DNA of 64,000 nucleotides, taken from the NCBI GenBank assembly GCA_003213595.1, contig QCMR01000003.1, forward strand, positions 7,346 through 71,345, written 5' to 3'. The stretch is from SAR86 cluster bacterium AG-422-E19. GTDB lineage: Bacteria > Pseudomonadota > Gammaproteobacteria > Magnimaribacterales > AG-339-G14. The translations under genes were made by a program, and so were the position numbers. The notes under the pieces were generated by a model. It was given only the letters and a program-made list of their open reading frames with translations. It had not been told where the DNA came from and did not search any database. Shown here one piece after another: positions 61,501 to 64,000 of this stretch (position 1 is its first letter; the number at the start of each line of letters is the position of its first letter).

Positions 61501-63932
61501 TAACTTGCAGCCATTTTTAGAGCTTCATCGACATCCACAGAGACCAATCTTGATACACCTGGCTCCTGCATAGTAACGCCCATAAGGTGTTTACTTTTTT
61601 CCATTGAAATTTTATTGTGCGTTACGAAAATAAATTGAACCTTTTCAGACATTTCTTCAACCATATTGATAAATCTTGAAGTATTGAAGTCATCCAATGG
61701 AGCATCTATCTCATCAAGAATACAAAAAGGCGCAGGATTTAGAGAGAAAAAACTAAATACCAATGCAATAGACGATAAAGCTTTTTCTCCGCCTGATAAC
61801 TGAGAAACATTTACATTCTTTTTTCCTGGAGGCATAGCCTTAAAAAGCACTCCGGATTCCAATAAATCTCTTTCGGTTAATTCTAATTTTGCAAAACCAC
61901 CTCCAAACAGTTTTGGAAAAAGTTCACCTAATTTAATATTTAGCTTATCCAATGTATCCTTAAATTTTGTTCTTGATTCCAAATCAATTTTCTTAATCGC
62001 CCCTTGCAAGGTTTCCAGCGCACTATTCAATTCAGACATTTGAGTATCAATTTCGGAGTTTCTTTCTTCTTCCAATTTATACTCTTCTGCTGCAGCTAAA
62101 TTTATCGGACCGATTCTTTCTATTGAAGTTTCAATTCTTGAAATTTCTTCTACCAATGACTCCTCAGTCATATTTTCAGTAATTTCATCCAGCAATCCTT
62201 GAATTTCATAATTGTCGTTTTTAAGTTGTTCTTCAAAAATTGCTGATTCAGAAATAAATCCTTGTCTTTCTAATTTATATTTTTGAATATCTTTATTAAA
62301 CTCTTCAAGACTGAGATCAGTTTCGTGAATTCTTCGCTCATTGGCTCTTATGTTTTCGTTTAAATCATTAAAATGTTCTCTTAGTTTTGACAGGTTCCCC
62401 TCTACGTCTATTCTAGAGTCTAATAAGGGCTTAATATCTGCTTCAATTTTTTGTATCGGACCTTCAATCTCGTAAAGCTTTTCTTCAAGAGAGTTTTTTG
62501 CAGCAATAGTATTCAGCTTGGAACTTTCGATTGAAGATAATTTACTCTTAATTTCAGCTATTTTTACTTTGAAAGACGTAATTTCTGAACTCAAAGAAAG
62601 AAGTTCAGTTTTTTGAGCCTTAAACTTTTCTTCTTGATATTGAGATTGATGTTTAATTGATTCCTTTAGTTTTTCTAACTTGTTTTTAATCTCTAGAGCA
62701 AAAGAATGAATTTCTTGGATATCGCTCTCTGTTTTTGTTGAGAAATCCCTCGTAGTCTCTTCTAAAGAAACCGTTAGATTAGATACATCAAGAAAGATTT
62801 TTTCCACTAGAAAATCCGGAGACATTGCCCCCTCAAGTTTAGAAAAACTTTCGTCTAAGGCTTGAAGTTCTGGTTCTTTTTTTGAAAGTTCTAATTCAGC
62901 TTCAGACAACTCTTTTGATAAATTATCTTTATCGGAAGAAAAACTATTTAAAGTTTCTTCCATTTGGTCCTTTTCTAAAAGCAGATCCTTTCTCTTTTCT
63001 TTTAACAAAGATAATTCTTGTTCTGAACTAGTAAGGTCCGCGCCACTAGAATAGTAATCCTGTTGAACTTTATCTATTTTTTGCTGAATTTCAGATTGAG
63101 TTACTTTGGTTTTATCTATTTCGGAGTTTAGTGAGATTTTAAGAGTTCTTTCTTTTTCAAGGCTTGATTCAAGTTCTTTGATAGATAAATCTATATTTGA
63201 AATTTTTTCTTTTCTTGTTTGCCATGATATTGCTTTCAAAAGGCCTTTTTTTGACTTTTCTTCAGCTTTTAATGCTTCGTATCTTTCAGCTGACTTTACC
63301 TGTCTTTTAAGTTTTAAAAGCTGTCTTTCAATCTCATCTTTAAGATCTTTAACTCGACTGAGATTCTCTTTAGTTTTCTTAATTCTTGATTCGGTTTCTT
63401 TTTTCCTTTCGCGATAAACTGAAATACCTGCAACCTCTTCAATGTACATTCTTAGTTCTTCAGGTTTAGAGCTTATTAGCTTAGTCGCCATTTCTTGTTC
63501 AATGACTGCATAACTTCTAGGTCCGAGACCAGTACCGAGAAATATATCTGTAATGTCTTTTCTTCTACATTCTGAGCCGTTTAAAAAATAGATAGATCTC
63601 CCATCAATTTCTAAAACTCGTTTGACAGAAATTTCTGAATAGCTTGAATATTCTCCTCCTAATTTTCCTAAAGAATTATCAAATAAAAGTTCTACAGAAG
63701 CACGACTCGATGGTGCTCTGGATGATGATCCGCTAAAAATAACATCGGCCATATTTTCGCCTCTTAAATTTTTAGCAGATATTTCTCCCATGACCCATCT
63801 AACAGCGTCAATAATATTAGATTTACCGCAACCGTTAGGCCCGACTACTCCGCTCATGCTGCTGGGGAAGGAAATTTTCGTGGGGTCCACGAAAGATTTA
63901 AAACCAGATAGGCTGATGTTTTTTAATCTCAT
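61500..63932 (-). CDS. smc: SMC chromosome-partition ATPase, atypically short (810 aa) with no recognisable hinge
   Basis: N-terminal head FKSF...GPNGCGKSNIIDAVRWVMGE and C-terminal head LSGGEKALSSIAL...CILDEIDAPLD. About 430 aa of heptad sequence lies between them, broken only around residues 367-397. Confidence 0.85.
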
Positions 63933-64000
63933 CCTTGGATGTATATTTTAACCGATTTAGGCTTTTAAAACCCTATTTTTTCTAATTTTTAAGCTCTTTT

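Overview
This is an AT-rich, extremely gene-dense chromosomal segment with about 66 protein genes and 4 tRNAs. Spacers are minimal and many genes share ATGA, TAATG or TTGA start/stop overlaps.

Local synteny points to a gammaproteobacterium: smc-zipA-ligA, purN-purM next to DUF2066 and an hda-like gene, a short Pseudomonas-type dcd, dnaX-recR, and umuDC behind a perfect LexA box. The low GC and compaction suggest a streamlined marine lineage. 'SAR86-like' is only a guess and is not shown by the sequence.

Housekeeping genes present are folE, gpsA, panD, xseA, sppA, purMN, dcd, recR, dnaX, recX, nadAC, pyrB, coq7, ligA, zipA and smc. They are interleaved with a heavy load of acyl-CoA, lipid and terpenoid catabolism:
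- an acyl-CoA synthetase and a stand-alone ketosynthase
- both subunits of a biotin acyl-CoA carboxylase plus AtuA
- two enoyl-CoA hydratases and three acyl-CoA dehydrogenases
- a thioesterase, a quinone oxidoreductase and a Baeyer-Villiger monooxygenase

Periplasmic redox proteins are also present (DsbD-like, TlpA-like, MsrA-Trx-MsrB). I found no rRNA, CRISPR, transposase, integrase, phage gene or recognisable defence gene.

I do not see a self-contained, clearly novel multi-gene system. The leads worth a second look are:
1. A GC-rich, ATG-free, strongly structured 240-nt intergenic element (8474-8714) that ends in an intrinsic terminator. I could not assign it to any RNA family.
2. An 810-aa SMC in canonical synteny that has no hinge domain and shortened arms.
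3. A photolyase-related gene translationally coupled to a 44-aa four-Cys ORF missing from the ORF track.
4. A tightly coupled string of two small membrane proteins, a rhodanese, a BVMO and a 1012-aa cadherin/metzincin lipoprotein.
5. An Hda-like protein that appears to have lost all its AAA+ motifs.
6. tRNA genes embedded in operons with 7-nt or negative spacers.

All functional calls come from motif recognition by eye. No database search was run.
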